64,000 nucleotides of DNA. Source: Amphiscolops sp. MND2022. Lineage: Eukaryota. Numbering within the stretch: position 1 is the stretch's first letter; each line of letters opens with the position of its first letter. Shown here piece by piece: positions 24,401 to 38,322 of this stretch. The notes below the pieces were generated by a model. That model was given only the letters and a program-made list of their open reading frames with translations, ran no database searches and had not been told where the DNA came from. The position numbers and the translations under genes were made by a program. The DNA lies in the NCBI GenBank assembly GCA_964187785.1, contig OZ076409.1, positions 7,008,001 through 7,072,000 on the forward strand. The letters are read 5' to 3'.

Positions 24401-27400
24401 CTGCAGATAAGTATCCCAATAAAATGATGTACTGCTTTTTTCTGTTTGCCCATCTATTCTAACTTCATAATTATCCATCTTTTTGACTTATTCAAGCTCA
24501 TTTGACTTATTTTTTTTCATTGTTTTGATATGAAATCGTTATACGACATCAAGTCTGCTGCATTTATAGCCAAAAAATAAAAGGTTTGCCAATTAGTCCT
24601 AATGATATTACTTTTTGTGGATCCCTATTGTCTTCCGTTGAAAAGATTCCTTGAAGTGAGTGCAACCGTAGAGCATGAATTGCTCCCTTTGTGAAAAAAA
24701 TATACCTTTTTGGTATAAGATGTATTATTTCACATACTGCAGTCACGTAATCTAGTTTAACTTTTTTTCTCAATCGATAGGTTGCCAGGATAAAGCAGTT
24801 AACAATCAAACCCCTGTAGCTGGCAGTTTTCTTACTGACACCGTCAGTCGATCTTTTGTATGCTCTGAAAACTAAGTTTTGTAATTGTTAGCATCTTGAC
24901 ATCGAAGGATGGCATTTCGTTTAACTTGTAATTTAGCTAACAACGTTATTTTCTGCCCATATTCCATATGGGAAAGGGAAATATTTAACTACGCCGTGTT
25001 TTTCCCCGAAATTTGCTATGGTCCAAAAACATACTAAAACTGAAAGGATTGACCCATAGAATTCAACTGACATAAACTTCTTTTCATGCGACATGTATTA
25101 GTATAGATTTTTGGACTTTTTTGGTTGACGGAATGATAATCGACAAAATATTTCGCGTTTGTAGCGGCCACTCAACTCGCACAGCGGAATTGAGTTTTTA
25201 AGCTGGTCCCTGATGCTTCCCGCTTCTTCGGCAAAAGCAGGAGCAACCTTTCAAGAGGAATGTGTCTGGTCAATCAGATCTTAGATGCTAACTGCCTCGG
25301 GTGACTCGACTCCACGCTATTTAGGCTAAACAATACTTCGATCCCTATCCCTCTTTTGACAAAGCTGCCTCGCTTCTTGTTATCTGGAGTACTGTTGTAC
25401 ACCCAAACACTGCAACTGACCGTCCTCAACGAATAGTTTCCACCTCCAACGAAGGGTTTTTCGTCCCACTTTACGATGAGCTTTTAATCTCGCTAATACG
25501 ACGAGCTATTTTACAACCCTTTCCTAGAACTTGGACCTACTGCGCCTAATTATGCTATTGCGAAATTTTTCTAATTGATTTGGACGCTCAAAAAAGCTGA
25601 TAGTTTTTCGATCGTTGAGCAGTGCAATGCTACCCGTCCAGTCACTACATTTCCAAACCGGAACCGGAGTAGCAACTCGAAAGCTGTCGAAGACATTTAA
25701 ATTTTAGCAAAATTTTCATTAGCCTTCTGAATTTGATATCAAAATTGGTCAAATTAATACTCTACTCAGCTGATATGCAAACGATAACCTTCACAATCAC
25801 AAAATATTCGAAGGACAAAATTGCATGACATCAGCTTTTGCATCACCTGTTTGGATTTATCGCACCTTCAGTTTGGAATTTCCTTCCAAATTTTCCACGA
25901 TGAGGTGAATCAATCCTGGAAACTGCAGTATGAACGACAATTTGTCCGATAGGTTGAATAGATGATATTTGACTCAACACGCCACCGTTTTCGTTCAAAT
26001 GGAATCAAAGTACAGAGAACTTTGAAAGGAAAGCTGAGCGGCATTACCAAATTGATCATTTGACATCAAATATTCACAATAGCACAAGTTAGTGATTTCG
26101 TGTTGGAGTTGCGTGTATTTTGGAAAGTTAAACTCAAGAGTTCAACTAAATGAGGTTTATGTTAAATTGTCCATCTCTGGTGCCAACAACGTTTTTGACA
26201 AATTTTGTAAAGTTTTGATAGAATTCGCGCGTTAGAACGTTGAAAATGTTCAACAACGAATGAATTCGTTGTCCAGTTGGTTTTTTGAAGCGGAAAAAGC
26301 AGTTTGTTGTTTGTTTTTCCTTACATGTTCGTGATTTTCTCGCGTATATTCTGAAAACAAGCAGTTTTCATGGAGCGAGTGAATGTTCGTAAATATGCTT
26401 CCGTACGCCGAGTTATTGAGATGAAGCGAACGAGTGTTAATTATTTGTTCGCCGAGAGCTTCGCCTGCATTCAAATGCGAATGCGAAACCTCGTCCACGC
26501 TGAGTAGTTTTATCTTCTTTAGTCCGAGAAGATTTGAAGGCTGTGTAAACTGGTACAGTGATTAATGGTACAGTGCGCTATATAAATGATTACGATATGC
26601 TTCTATTATTGAACATGAAAGCCTAAAAGCAGAAACAATACTGTGGCCCTGCAGGGGCCTACTTATGGAATACAGTAAATTTGTCATTTTTGAAATTAAC
26701 AGACGTCTTGCAAATCCGGCATCGTTTGCTTTAAAGTTTTGGTCGAAAATAGTTGATGTCGACATAATCCTTTCTTTTACATTGACTGCCAGTTAAAAGT
26801 TGCTCATTAGATTTAATGATCGAGAAAGTTGTTGTTGAAATATGGGCCTTTCCCGGGGGGGGGGGTGTTTGTTTCCGCCAATGCTGTTGACATCTAATAG
26901 CAACCAGTTGATCGATCAACTTGAAAAAGTGCGTCGTCCATTTTATCGTCAGTCATGCATTCAACTTGAATTGCATTATATTGAATAGAATGGTGATATG
27001 GAATGAAATGGAATTTTAATTTAGATAGTGTTGCTTGATGTGTTGCTTTGTGAGCTTTGGTAAAAAGCGCAATTTCAGCCCAGTACCAATGCTGAGTGTC
27101 AGATACAGAATGGTTTTTGCAGAAGCACACTTTGAAGATATAGTCCACTGTTATGCTAATGATGATTGCTGGCTGGCGGTTGTGCATAACGGGAGCTCAG
27201 AATACACTACAGACTCAAAGGTCGAAAAATGCTGTCTAGTTCTCGCTTATCTTTCAATCGTCTCAAATCACATATTAATACCGCGTTCTCTGGGCGGACT
27301 ATGTTTCTTATCCCCCAAGGTACACCTTGTTCCGTATTTCCCCACAGACACAAAAAAAAACATTTTATTCAAAAATATTTCAATAAGAGAATATGGATGT

Positions 27401-27581
27401 AAATACTAAGAAAATTGTCTCTAGAGCTGTTTTGACACTTCCAGCAAAAATTGCCCCTAATTATTTAAAACAATATTTTCTAAAATAGCAAAAATTCACA
27501 CGCCTGGAACAAGTTGAAATTATATTAAATGGCCTCTTTTTCAACGCAAATTTACTAGCATTTTAAAACTAAATCAATGTA

Positions 27582-28049
27582 AACAAGACGGGAACGTCAC
27601 AAGTCGGCGCCATATCTAAGGCTCAAAAATATTCAAGGAACAACTATTGGAAACATTTGGAAATTTTTTTTTTCAAAAAAAGTAATTGGTTGGTTAAAAA
27701 AGTCGCACAATGCCGAAAAACCCAAAAAGAGGTCATTTAGGCTCATTAAACGTTTTTTTACAAACCTAAAACTTCAAAAAATGCAAGGGGGTAAAATTTT
27801 CGAAAAAAAGTCGCATAGTGCCGAAAAAAAATCCCAAAGGGGGACCCTTTGGTCTAACTTGTATTTTTTATTTATGGTTTAGTTCGAGAATCGAACCCAC
27901 GCTCTCCGGGTTCAGAAAATTGGTCGAAGTTGAACAAATGAACAAATTGTAAAAAGTGGACCACTCAGAGTGAGATAGTCAACTGAAAAAAAACTACTCA
28001 CTGTAATAGTCGGGCTTTTTTCCTTAAGGGAAAAGGCGCCGACTAAAAA
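27582..28049 (-). mobile_element. HINE-A copy
   Basis: aacaagacgggaacg...gcgccgactaaaaa. Confidence 0.75.
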
Positions 28050-28281
28050 TAGGATTATGTCGACAGCAAGTAGTGAACAGTGAGTGAACACTCAAGTGTC
28101 TAATTTGATGAAATTCTCAAATTTCAACTGGTTTTCTTTTAATTTCATTTCGCTCTGAGCGTGTAGCGTACACAATGTTCACAATTTCTTCCATTTTCTG
28201 TTTTCCACGTTACTTGTTCCATCTTTATTTCTTTGAATTAACTGGAATATGATTGAAACACATGAGGTCTACATGACTAAT

Positions 28282-28866
28282 GGTTACATGACATTCCATC
28301 CTATGCAATTTCAACCTTCCGCAATTTCTACCAAACTCATTTTGGTTATTTAGTCCTAATACAGTGAGTTATTGCACATGACGAAGTCAATGTGCATTGC
28401 AGTCCAGCTAAGTAAGTTTTTTTCCACTATAGTCAACTTCATAATGAGCGCCTTTTAGAAAAAAGCCAAAACCCCAGAGAGATTCGAACCTGCAGCCTCC
28501 CGATTGCACGGCATAAGTGTTGTCCACTGTGCCATAGGGACGTTATTGAACAAAGTTGAACTGTTGAATATATACGCATGCGATTGAATATATACGATTT
28601 TTCGGCATCTTTAAAATAATCGATGTCTTCGTCATGTGTTGCGAAGCACCGCTTCGCCTCTGTGTTTCATTACAAAACGTATCAAGAGTGGCGTAAAATT
28701 TGAATTTAGAAATATATGTAAATTAAAACCACCTAAAATAATCATGTAACTAACTTGGATCAATTGCCAAAATAGAATTAGGTTGAAATTGCGGAAGGTT
28801 GGAAATGCAAGAGTTTCAAATTTATAAGTGCGGTTGAAATTGCATAGGATTAAATCTCCTGACACC
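28282..28866. mobile_element. Foldback-type MITE with nested HINE-B
   Basis: Inverted repeats atcctatgcaatttcaacc / ggttgaaattgcataggat; exact ends and TSD unclear. Confidence 0.55.
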
Positions 28867-28977
28867 GTTTACATGTTTTCAGTCGCAAAGACCGATCAAT
28901 TCTTCGATCTGGAATTGTAGTTTATAGATCTGGATAACAGATTTTTAGCTTGATTCTGATAATCGGGTTACACCAGG

Positions 28978-29405
28978 CAGAGATTTTAGTGGGTCGCTTA
29001 TGTTCGACCCATGACCCACTCGACCCATCGGGGCTCTGACTCATGACCCATGACTTGATTCAAAAATGTGCTACTAGGAAAGACAAACTTTGAAGCAAAT
29101 ATTTTTGTAACTTTCCAAATTTACAGAAATAGCTTCAACAACATTTGGTGAAAGTCGATTTCTCAGTGGTGTGAGAATATGACGTGCGTTGAAGGCACTA
29201 TAATGGCCATTTTTGAGTTTTGGCAGAGTTTTTCTGTTTTTTGACACCCATTGAAGAGGATTCAAAATGCTTGCACCATGTTTTTGTGCTTCTTTCTTGT
29301 AGGATTTTAATGACTGCCCGGTAAACTTTGACCCATCATATTTTTGCCCCCACGAGAAAAAGCGACCCATTTGACCCACTGACCCATGACCCACTTGCAT
29401 CTCTG
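28978..29405 (-). mobile_element. hAT deletion derivative with transposase C-terminal remnant
   Basis: TIR CAGAGAT..AGTGGGTC; perfect TSD acaccagg; GACCC subterminal repeats; remnant ARHILTPLRNRLSPNVVEA resembles the hAT dimerisation motif. Confidence 0.82.
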
Positions 29406-30998
29406 ACACCAGGTCTAAATCTCCTCGACGAAAGTATCGTAGGCCGGACAGGCCGGACTGATTGAAGCTGGATCCTCAAATATAAGCTATGAAAGAATGC
29501 AATAAGAATGGCAATAAGTCTGAGATATGTGATTATTTGCTAAAAGTTTTATCCGACCGGATTCCGTGAAAAGTCCGACCGGATACCGAACCGGACATTT
29601 TTGTGAAATTCGGCCGGATAGTGGACCGAACTTGATGTCCGGTACACCCCTAGTCTCAGCCGTTAAGGTGAATTGTCCTCCAGATGTCTTTGCTTTTCCC
29701 GAGTTGTCTCTCCAGAGTCGATTTTTTTTGGAATTGAAAAGTGCCACTGAAATTTCGAGGGTCGAAATATTTAGTATCGAATTTTACAGGCTCTATAGCA
29801 ATGGTATAATACGAATGAAATTTTCACATCTTTCGATCCTAGGTAAAATCAAGTCACAATTCGATTCTAGATAATTTTGCACATTTTTCGATCCTACATA
29901 ATTCGACTCTGCCCAGCAATCCGCTTTTCCTGGTCTGGGCGGTCTTTCTGCAAATCCTTTTTTTGAATTAATTCGCCACACTTGATGATATTTTTTTTAT
30001 TCTTCACCGTAAAAGTATCCGCCTAAAACCATTATATTTTTTATTTTTGTAAATTTTTATTCACTTAGTCGAAATTTGTAGAAATCTTTCAGCTGGGGTT
30101 TACCACTTTGGGTTTCACTTCTAATTTCCTTTCTGTTGATTTTTCATTACCCATGTAGTGTTTACCGAATATGAAGGATCGCTATGTTGGTTGCATATAA
30201 TGAATATATCAACAAAAACAGTCCGTTTCAATTTATAAATAAAAAATAACGGTAGATACATTTTTCGCAAAATTCACTTTCTCAAGCCTAATCTAGATGT
30301 AACTGTCAATCTCCCAAAAGTTTTGCAATCAATTTCCAAAAATTTTTTTCACTTCCTTTTTTTAGCTATGCACCCGGGTTGGCCCTCTGACTAGCATATT
30401 GGCTGTCTCAGCAAGATCTAACAGAAAATTGTCATGTCTAACAAAGTAGTGAAATCTGCATAGATGTTGATTTTCGTTGACTTCCTTTCACATTTTTTCT
30501 GACCAAATAGGATTTTACAAAAAAAAAATTCTGGGAACATGGCTCTCTTGATAAGATCTTACCATGGCAAAATGAATACCATGGCAAGATCTTGACAAGA
30601 TCTTAGCCAAGATTGTTCCAAGATCGTGTCAACATATCCATGGAGGGTCAACCCGGGCTGCAGCCATTTTTCGGATTTAAAAAATCCATGTTTATTCTTC
30701 ACTTGTAGAGGACAAGTAGATAAATGTTGCTTTTGGAAACGAAACGATCCCCTGCTTTTTGTTCTTAATCAAAGTAATGAAATTATCCTCATTGGAACTG
30801 GGTTTTTTCTCCACGGATAATTCTAGGAAGTCAAGACATGTTGTGAACAAAGGTGCAAATTAGGCACTTCTTTCGAAGGAACTTTCATCGGTCGACGACT
30901 ATGTATGCATCTAATTTAACCCATCGACGCTGATCTAAGCAAGGAGCCGCGACTGTCACTGCAGGCTAGCGGTTGCGCATAACCAAACACTATAGACT

Positions 30999-31358
30999 AA
31001 CAAGACGGGAACGTCTCAAGTCGGCGCTATATCTAAGGCTCATATAAAATCTAAGGGGTGATCCTTTGGAGACAAAAAAATTTCGAAAAAAAGTCGCACG
31101 GTGCCGAAAAAAAAATCGAAAGGTGGGACCCTTTAGTCCCGTCCGGTTTTGTAGGTTACGTTTAAAATGTAAAAAAACCAAAGGGGAATAACCCTTTGGA
31201 ATAACTTAGATGCGTTTCCCGGGTATTCGTTTAGTTTCCTTTAGTTGAACATACTGAACGTTAACGTTCGTCGCTTCGAGTCTGTCTTAGAAGAAAAAGA
31301 AAAAAACGAGTGACTGTAATAGTCGGGCTCTTTTATTAATGAAAGCGCCGACTAAAAA
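30999..31358 (-). mobile_element. HINE-A copy
   Basis: Same termini; close relative of 36169-36479. Confidence 0.75.
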
Positions 31359-31679
31359 TCGAAAAATGCTGTCTAGTTTTCGCTCATCTTTCAATAGTCT
31401 CAAATCACATATCAATACCGCGTTCTCCGGGCGGACCCCCTTGTTCCGTATTTTCCCACAAACACGAAAGCACATTTTGATCTTGAAGAAAACTATTTCA
31501 TTAATGAGACAATTTTATATGAATGTAAATATGTAAATCCATAGAGGATTCTCTCTACAGCTGTTTTGACACTTGCAGCAAAATTGGACCTTATTTTTTA
31601 GTCGGCGTTTTCGAAGAAAATCCCGACTCTTACAGTGGCTAGTTTTTTTTCGTCAATTCAACGCGATCTGTTGGTTGAG

Positions 31680-32589
31680 ACTAGAACTTGGTTGAGACAA
31701 TTTGAACAAGACGGGAACGTCTAGAGTCGGCGCTATATCTAAGGCTCAAAAAGCGCAAAGATTTTAGGATATGCTGAGGACGTTTTTTAAATCAAAAAGT
31801 CTCGGTTTCGAAACACTAAGTTTCCGCTTTAGGCCGTTTTAGTCGTCTTAGTAGTTTCTGTAAAAAGTAGACCTTTCAGTGTGAGGTCTGTGGTCTGGAG
31901 AAAGAAGGTCACTGTAAGAGTCGGGCATTTTTTGCTTCACAAAAGCTCCGACTGAGAAAGGAGTATGATATTCCAAAACGTATCGAACTGATAGTCAAAA
32001 ATTCGCAAAACTTTTTCAACAGAACCTATCCAGTACCCTACAGATGAAGCGCCCGAGTTTGCTTACTCAAAGTGAAACTGTTCAGCAGTTATTTAAATTT
32101 TCGATGCCTTACAAAGGAAGCAACCCCGTGGTTTGATCACCGGATTGGGAAGTCAGCCCAGAACTTGCCTGAAATAGGGAGATAAACGTAGAATTAGGCT
32201 GTAACGCTGACTTTTCAAACTCGGAAACAAAACTTTTCAAAAGTGCAAGGGAATGTTATGACATGCATTCCCTTTGGTTACCTAGTATTTTAGGCTATTT
32301 ACAAAATGGGGAGAGACCAAAGCCCACACTTCGAACTGTTTAGTCGTTGTAAAATTTTTGCCAATATTTTCCATGTTTCAATCAGAGTTTTGACATCGCT
32401 AATCAGCGATTTCGCGGTCGCGCAGAATTTCTCAGCATTTTCATTAGCGATTCAAATTAGCGGCAATCAATAGGTTGTTCAAATTCGAAATTTCCTCAGA
32501 AAATACATGGATTTTTGAAAAGAATTTCCAAAAATTCCAACTGTTACACTTGTAAAACTCACACAGTATGAGAAATTCTACTCCTTTTT
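31680..32589 (-). repeat. ~0.9-kb inverted duplicate of 46909-47818 (partial third copy ~39055-39325)
   Basis: Reverse-complement match at both ends and at interior positions checked, with few mismatches. Confidence 0.92.
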
Positions 32590-33128
32590 AGTCGGCGTTT
32601 TCGAAGAAAATCCCGACTCTTACAGTAGCTAGTTTTTTTTCGTCAATTCAACGCGATCTGTCCACTTTTTTGTTCATTTGTTCAACAATATCAACTTGAA
32701 CTACGGACGTCCAAAACATATTCGAAACGCCAGAACCTCGTCCACAACAAAAACATAGATTTCCAGAACATCGATAACATAGGATCCCCTCGTTTTTTCA
32801 CTCGTATTTTTTTTCGGCACTGTGCGACTTTTTTTGAAGCTTTTTGGAATCCACCAAAGGGGCTCCCCTTCAACTTTTCTTATATTTTGCAACACAATGG
32901 ATGTCAAAAAATCCCGAAGGGTCCCTGTTTACATTTTTCGGGACTGTGACATTGTTCAAAAATCTCATTTTAAAAATTTTTTCGGAAATTTTTTATGTCT
33001 CCCAATGGTCCCTCATCAATTTTTTCCTATTTTTCAACCAACTGGAGTTTCACAAAGCCCAAAGGGTCCCCCATTTTACAATTTTGAGCCTTAGATACTG
33101 CGCCGATTTTGGCCGTTCCCGGCTTGTT
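32585..33128 (+). mobile_element. HINE-A copy
   Basis: Same termini. Confidence 0.75.
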
Positions 33129-33555
33129 ACATCTTCCAGTGGGACTTGGTAGATCATCGTTGAGCAGCGGGCGGATTGCGATTGATTGCCAACACGAGTT
33201 TTTCCCTGAAAATATACTACTTATTGAAGGACATTCCAAGTTAAATGCATATTTTTTTCTAAATTTCGAATATCATATTCCATACTAACGTTTTTTTTTG
33301 AAAAAATCATTTTTCGGTTTCTTGAGAAACGAAAAATCTTAGTTTAAGCACGGGAACTTTTTAAATCTTTACTTCAAACTAATTCTGGCAATATCAATTA
33401 TAATACAAAAAGTATTTTCCACTTGGACTACATTACGAACTGACCTGAAAAGCAAGAGTACCTGGGTTCGAGTCCCGCACTAAACCAGAAACGTTTCAAG
33501 CCTGATTTGTTTTTAAACCTGGACAGCGCCTTCTTTGACACTTAGCCGAAACAAA

Positions 33556-34090
33556 AACAAGCCGGGAACGGCCAAAGTCGGCGCCATATCTAAGGCTCAA
33601 AATTTAAAAGGGGGACCCTTCGGGCTTTGTGAAACTCCAGCTGGTTGCAAAAAATTTAAAAAAATTGAAGGGGGGGCTTTGGAGACATGAAAAAATTTCC
33701 GAAAAATTTTTTTAATGAGATTTTTGAACAGTGTCGCAGTGCCGAAAAATGTAAAAGGGGGGACCCTTTGCAATTTTTTGACATCCATTGTGTTTCAAAA
33801 CATCAAAAAAATTGAAGGGGCGACCCTTTGGGGAAAAAAATTCAATCCAAAAAGTTTCAAAAAGTCGCATAGTTCCGAAAAAAGTGGGGATCCTTAGTGT
33901 GATTTCGAGGTTGTGGACGTCTGTTTTGTTTTTTTCTTTTCGTTTTGGACGCTTCTGAGGTTGGAGTTGTTGATGTTTGAAGTTGTGGAGGTTGTTGAAC
34001 AAATGAACAAAAAGTGGACCTTTCGTGTCTAAAAAAACTACCCACTGTAATAGTCGAGCACATTTTCTACTGAAATGCGCCGACTAAAAA
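33556..34090 (-). mobile_element. HINE-A copy
   Basis: Same termini; close relative of 42132-42676. Confidence 0.75.
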
Positions 34091-36168
34091 ACGTTTCGCA
34101 AGCATAGAAGGTACCGTGCGACTTACAGAAAAACAATTTCCTCCGCATTTGACAAAAGACGAGTTGGAAGTTCAAAAATATTACGCTATATCCAAATTTT
34201 TGACGTTTTATCCGAACAATATTGCGTTGTACTACGGAGCAAACGAAGGTTCAAAGAAAAGCGCTCTCGATTGTCCCAGCACACTTGCATCCAATTTTTG
34301 ACTTTATATCTGAAGTAAATTGCGTTTTACTAAGGAGGGGGCCGATGCTCAAAAAAAGCACTCCAATGTGGCGCAACACGCTATATCCGAACTTTTCACG
34401 ATATATTCGAAGTAATTCACGTTCTACTAAGGAGTGGTGGAGGTTGCGCTATATCAGAAATACTGGACTATCGAATGTTGTTTTTTTAGGACCAGTGAAT
34501 TGAAACATTTCTATAGACATTTCTATAGCTTTACTTATTATGATCTAACTACCACTTGGCTTTGGGGATTAACTCAGACTTTCAGGCCTGGTTACAAGGT
34601 CTTAAAAACGGCAGTACGAGGGTTCAAGTCTCGGACTAACCCAAACATTTTTGTCTGCAATAGTAGAGGGCAGACAAATGTGTCCCCCCTTCGGGATTTT
34701 TTGGCTCTATGCTACTTTTTTCAGCAGTTTTTTTTCAACCGAAGTGCCCCTTTTTGTTTTTCAAAAAAAAACAAAGCGATTTGCGAGAGTGGAAGGTCAC
34801 CGTATACTCAGCAAAATGCGACTTACCGAATTTGAAATTCTTGTATAAAAACTTTTTCGACTTGTTTTTCAATTTTCCGTTTCATGAAGTCTTCTGTTTC
34901 CTAAGGGTAACCTCGCTGATGATTTCTTTGGTCCTGTGAAACTGATGCGAGATTTCTCAATAATTGCGGAAATGACCCACGGTATATTTTGACATTGCGA
35001 ATTTTTTTTCGAAATTTTTTTGAGTCAAAGTGTACCCCTTGCACTTTCATGAATGTTTTGGCTTGGAAAAAGCGTTTGCGAGCTCAAAGTTCCATTTCTA
35101 GCACTATGAGACTTTTTCCGCCAAACAATGTTCTTAGAAAAATAATTTTCAAGAAATGGGCTTTTTCGTTGTTTCCACTTGGGGGAAAATGGTTTCTCAT
35201 GGGTATCTTTTTGGGTATTTTCCGGCACTGTAAAATTGAACTCATTTGAACCTTGAGCGGGGGCCAACTCGGGCCGTTCCCGGCTTGTTTGAGCTTATGG
35301 GACTGATGAGAGTTATCTCAATATTTGTAGAAAAAACCTACTGTTTTTCGGTTGTTTGCGACTTTTTATGAATTATTTTCCTTTTACTAGACGTGTGCGG
35401 TTGCGTGTTTTTAATGTTTTCAGTTCAGAAAACGCGTCTTTTGAGCCTAGAAGGTCAGACCTTTAGCTGAAAAATCATAATTCCGTGTTTTTTGATATTT
35501 TCAGTCGGAAAGTCATTTTCTTTACCCGCACTCGGAAACATCTTTTCTGTCCTCCTTTGGAAATTTCTTATTGTGACAGTATACGAGAAATATTGCAGTG
35601 CCACTGCGCCTCTTGTACATCCAAGTTTTTTTTCCAAGGAAACATTCATTGTGCTCTAATGCACACAATTCTGACAAAAGAGATCCGAGATTCAGTCCCG
35701 TCTGGTACCATTATTGTCCTGTTTCAATTTTTTAATTGAATTTTTGGTTTAAATATTTTTCGAATACATATTTTACAACTGATGGTAAAAGAAAGCGATT
35801 GATCCGTGGGTCCATTGTGAAGAGTGTTTTGAAAGAGAGGATACTATCCAGCTTCAAAAGAAGTAGAAGCATGTTTTTATAGTCGGCGCTTTTTGTTACA
35901 AAAAGTACCCGACTATCACTTACAATGGCAAGTTTTTTCTCAGACCACAGACCTCACACTGATTGGTCCACTTTTTGAACCACTTTCATGTCGCTGGGCA
36001 GTCAGTTGGACACGTTGTTGAGATGCGTGCTTCGCAAGCAGGTTGTCGTGTGTTCGAATCCCACTCAGGACTAAAAAGTTTTTTTGTATGTAGATCTTGG
36101 CGGGATGGAATGGTTGAACTTTTTTGGCACCGTGCGACTTTTTTTGAAAAAAGTTCCACATATTTTAG

Positions 36169-36479
36169 TTTTAGTCGGCGCTTTTCTTAAGAAAAGAGCC
36201 CGACTATTACAGTCACTCGTTTTTTTCTTTAAGACACACTCGAAGCGACGAACGTTAACGTTCAGTATGTTCAACTAAATGAAACGAATAGTAGTTTCCC
36301 TTTGGTTTTTACTTTTTAAACGTAACCTACAAAACTGGGCGGGACTAAAGGGTCCCTCTTTCGGTTTTTTCGGCACTGTGCGACTTTTTCTCGAAATATT
36401 TTTTGTCTCCAAAGGGTCCTTCCTTCGATTTTATTTCAGCCTTAGATATAGCGCCGACTTGAGACGTTCCCGTGTTGTT
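36169..36479 (+). mobile_element. HINE-A copy, preceded by another HINE-A 5' part from ~35876
   Basis: Same termini. Confidence 0.72.
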
Positions 36480-37333
36480 AAAATAATATTGTCCAAAATG
36501 GCGAAAATTCAGCTATTCAATGTGAAAAAGCTGATCTCAGTAAAAAGCCGCGACCATTACTTGCGTTCTATAAGGCGGCTTTCAAGTACGTTGTTCCTCC
36601 TTTTAAGACGATATAACCAAGAGTAAGTTGATTCTCTTAATGATGACATTTTCCACATCTATGAGAGGAACTTATGTCTAATTAGAAATCGAAACCCTCC
36701 TCAAGAAAAAGAAGAAACTCAATGTTATCGCTTGTGAATGCATCTATCGATACTAATCTCCATTGCGTAAGAAGAACTGCTGTATTGCTTCATGAAATAT
36801 GTTGATAAGAATGATGTGCTTTTGCCGAAATTCTGCCACCGTTTTTCATCTTTTCCGCATTTTTGTGCCCCTGAAAGGAGGTCTATTCAATAGATTACCG
36901 TTTTAAGCTAATATCGTTAGATTATTTGATTATCGTTAGTTGCATTTGATTGCTACGGTAAGCGGAGGAAAAGTCACCGAAAATAATTTACCAATTAGCT
37001 GTTTTTAGTAACCCACAGAAAAGCAGTTCATGAAATTTATGGCGAAGTGATAAACATGGATTAATTTCCATAACTGATGCGTAAAATTTACGGATAATTT
37101 AGCTCTTCTAATTGTATAATTGCATGAATTGACTTGCTTTTACAATATGAAAAGTCATGTTGTTGTTTATAATAGTTTCATCACAAAATTAACACTATAC
37201 TACAATCAGTAAATTTACTGTTCCTTACGACACGACAAGTTTGCGCTGTTGTTTTCCTAGTTTTTTTTACGAGAAATCTTGTTTAACTGCCATGCTTCCT
37301 TGTACCTATCGTATATGTTCATTCAGTTTAGGC

Positions 37334-38322
37334 TTTTTAGTCGGCGCTTTTGACAAAACGTACCGGACTCTTACAGGGCTATTTTTTCGTCAGACTATAA
37401 TCTCACTCTGTATGTAGCACTTTTTGATGTAGAGGTTAATCGGTTTAGTGGGAACCCAGCCGTCGCGAGTTCGGGTCCCTGCTTTGGCCAGCAATTTTTC
37501 GTGCTTTCAAAGGTAGGCGGAGGTTGGAAAATATTGTGCAATATCCGAATTTTTTCGAGCCCGGCGAATTGACACACATTTCTATAAGCTGTTCTGTAAG
37601 TTAACTTAGTACCATCTCACTGCCACTTGGCCTTGGTATTAACTCAGATTTCCAGACCTGGTCACGGTCTGAGAAGCAAAAGGTCGTGGGTTCGAGTCTC
37701 ATTCAAAAATTTATTTTAAAAATCATGTTTGCAAATTGCAGGTGAGAGACCAAAGGGTCCCCCTTTGGGATTTTTTGGCACTATGCAGTTTTTCGACATT
37801 TTTTTTTCATTGGAAGTGTTTTTGATTTTCAGCAAGAACAAAGCGTTTTGCGAGCATTGAGGACAACCTTAGGTTTTTCCGGCACAATGCGATTTTTTCC
37901 GGTTTTTTGTTTTTTTGAGATTTTCTGCAATGAAAACCCTTTTTTCGGCTCCTGAGGGTCACCTCATTGAACATTTTTTGATCGTGTGAAACTCGTGAGA
38001 GTTTTGATGAAAGAATCGCAGAAAAGACCGACGGTTTTTGGCACTCTGCGACTTCGAAAAGGAGGTTTGGTCAAAGTGCACCTATCTTGAAGCTTTTTTG
38101 GTTCTTTGAGCCTTTTTTACCGAAAAAAAATTTGAAAAAAGTGCGTTTTTGTTTCCAGTTGGGGAAACGTGGTTCTCGAGTCTTATGTGTATCCATCCCT
38201 TCGGGTATTTTTCGGCACTGTAAAATTGATAACATTTTAACAATATTGTCCTTTGCATATTTAAGACACCTGGTTTGTTTGAAATTTGAGCGGGACGCCA
38301 ACTTGGGCTGTTCCCGACTTGT
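37334..38322 (+). mobile_element. Long HINE-A copy with tRNA-like B-box modules
   Basis: Same termini; gagttcgggtcc and gggttcgagtct inside. Confidence 0.68.

Larger units (their letters stand above)
19355..24737 (+). repeat. Tandem duplication, 2 x ~2.69 kb (19355-22042 / 22045-24737)
   Basis: Near-identical units; identical short ORFs recur at +2690 to +2693. Confidence 0.97.

Noticed and set aside
25200..26050. Possible decayed retroelement coding remnant
   Set aside because: Only a weak GRSVA-like motif seen; cannot be supported without tBLASTn.
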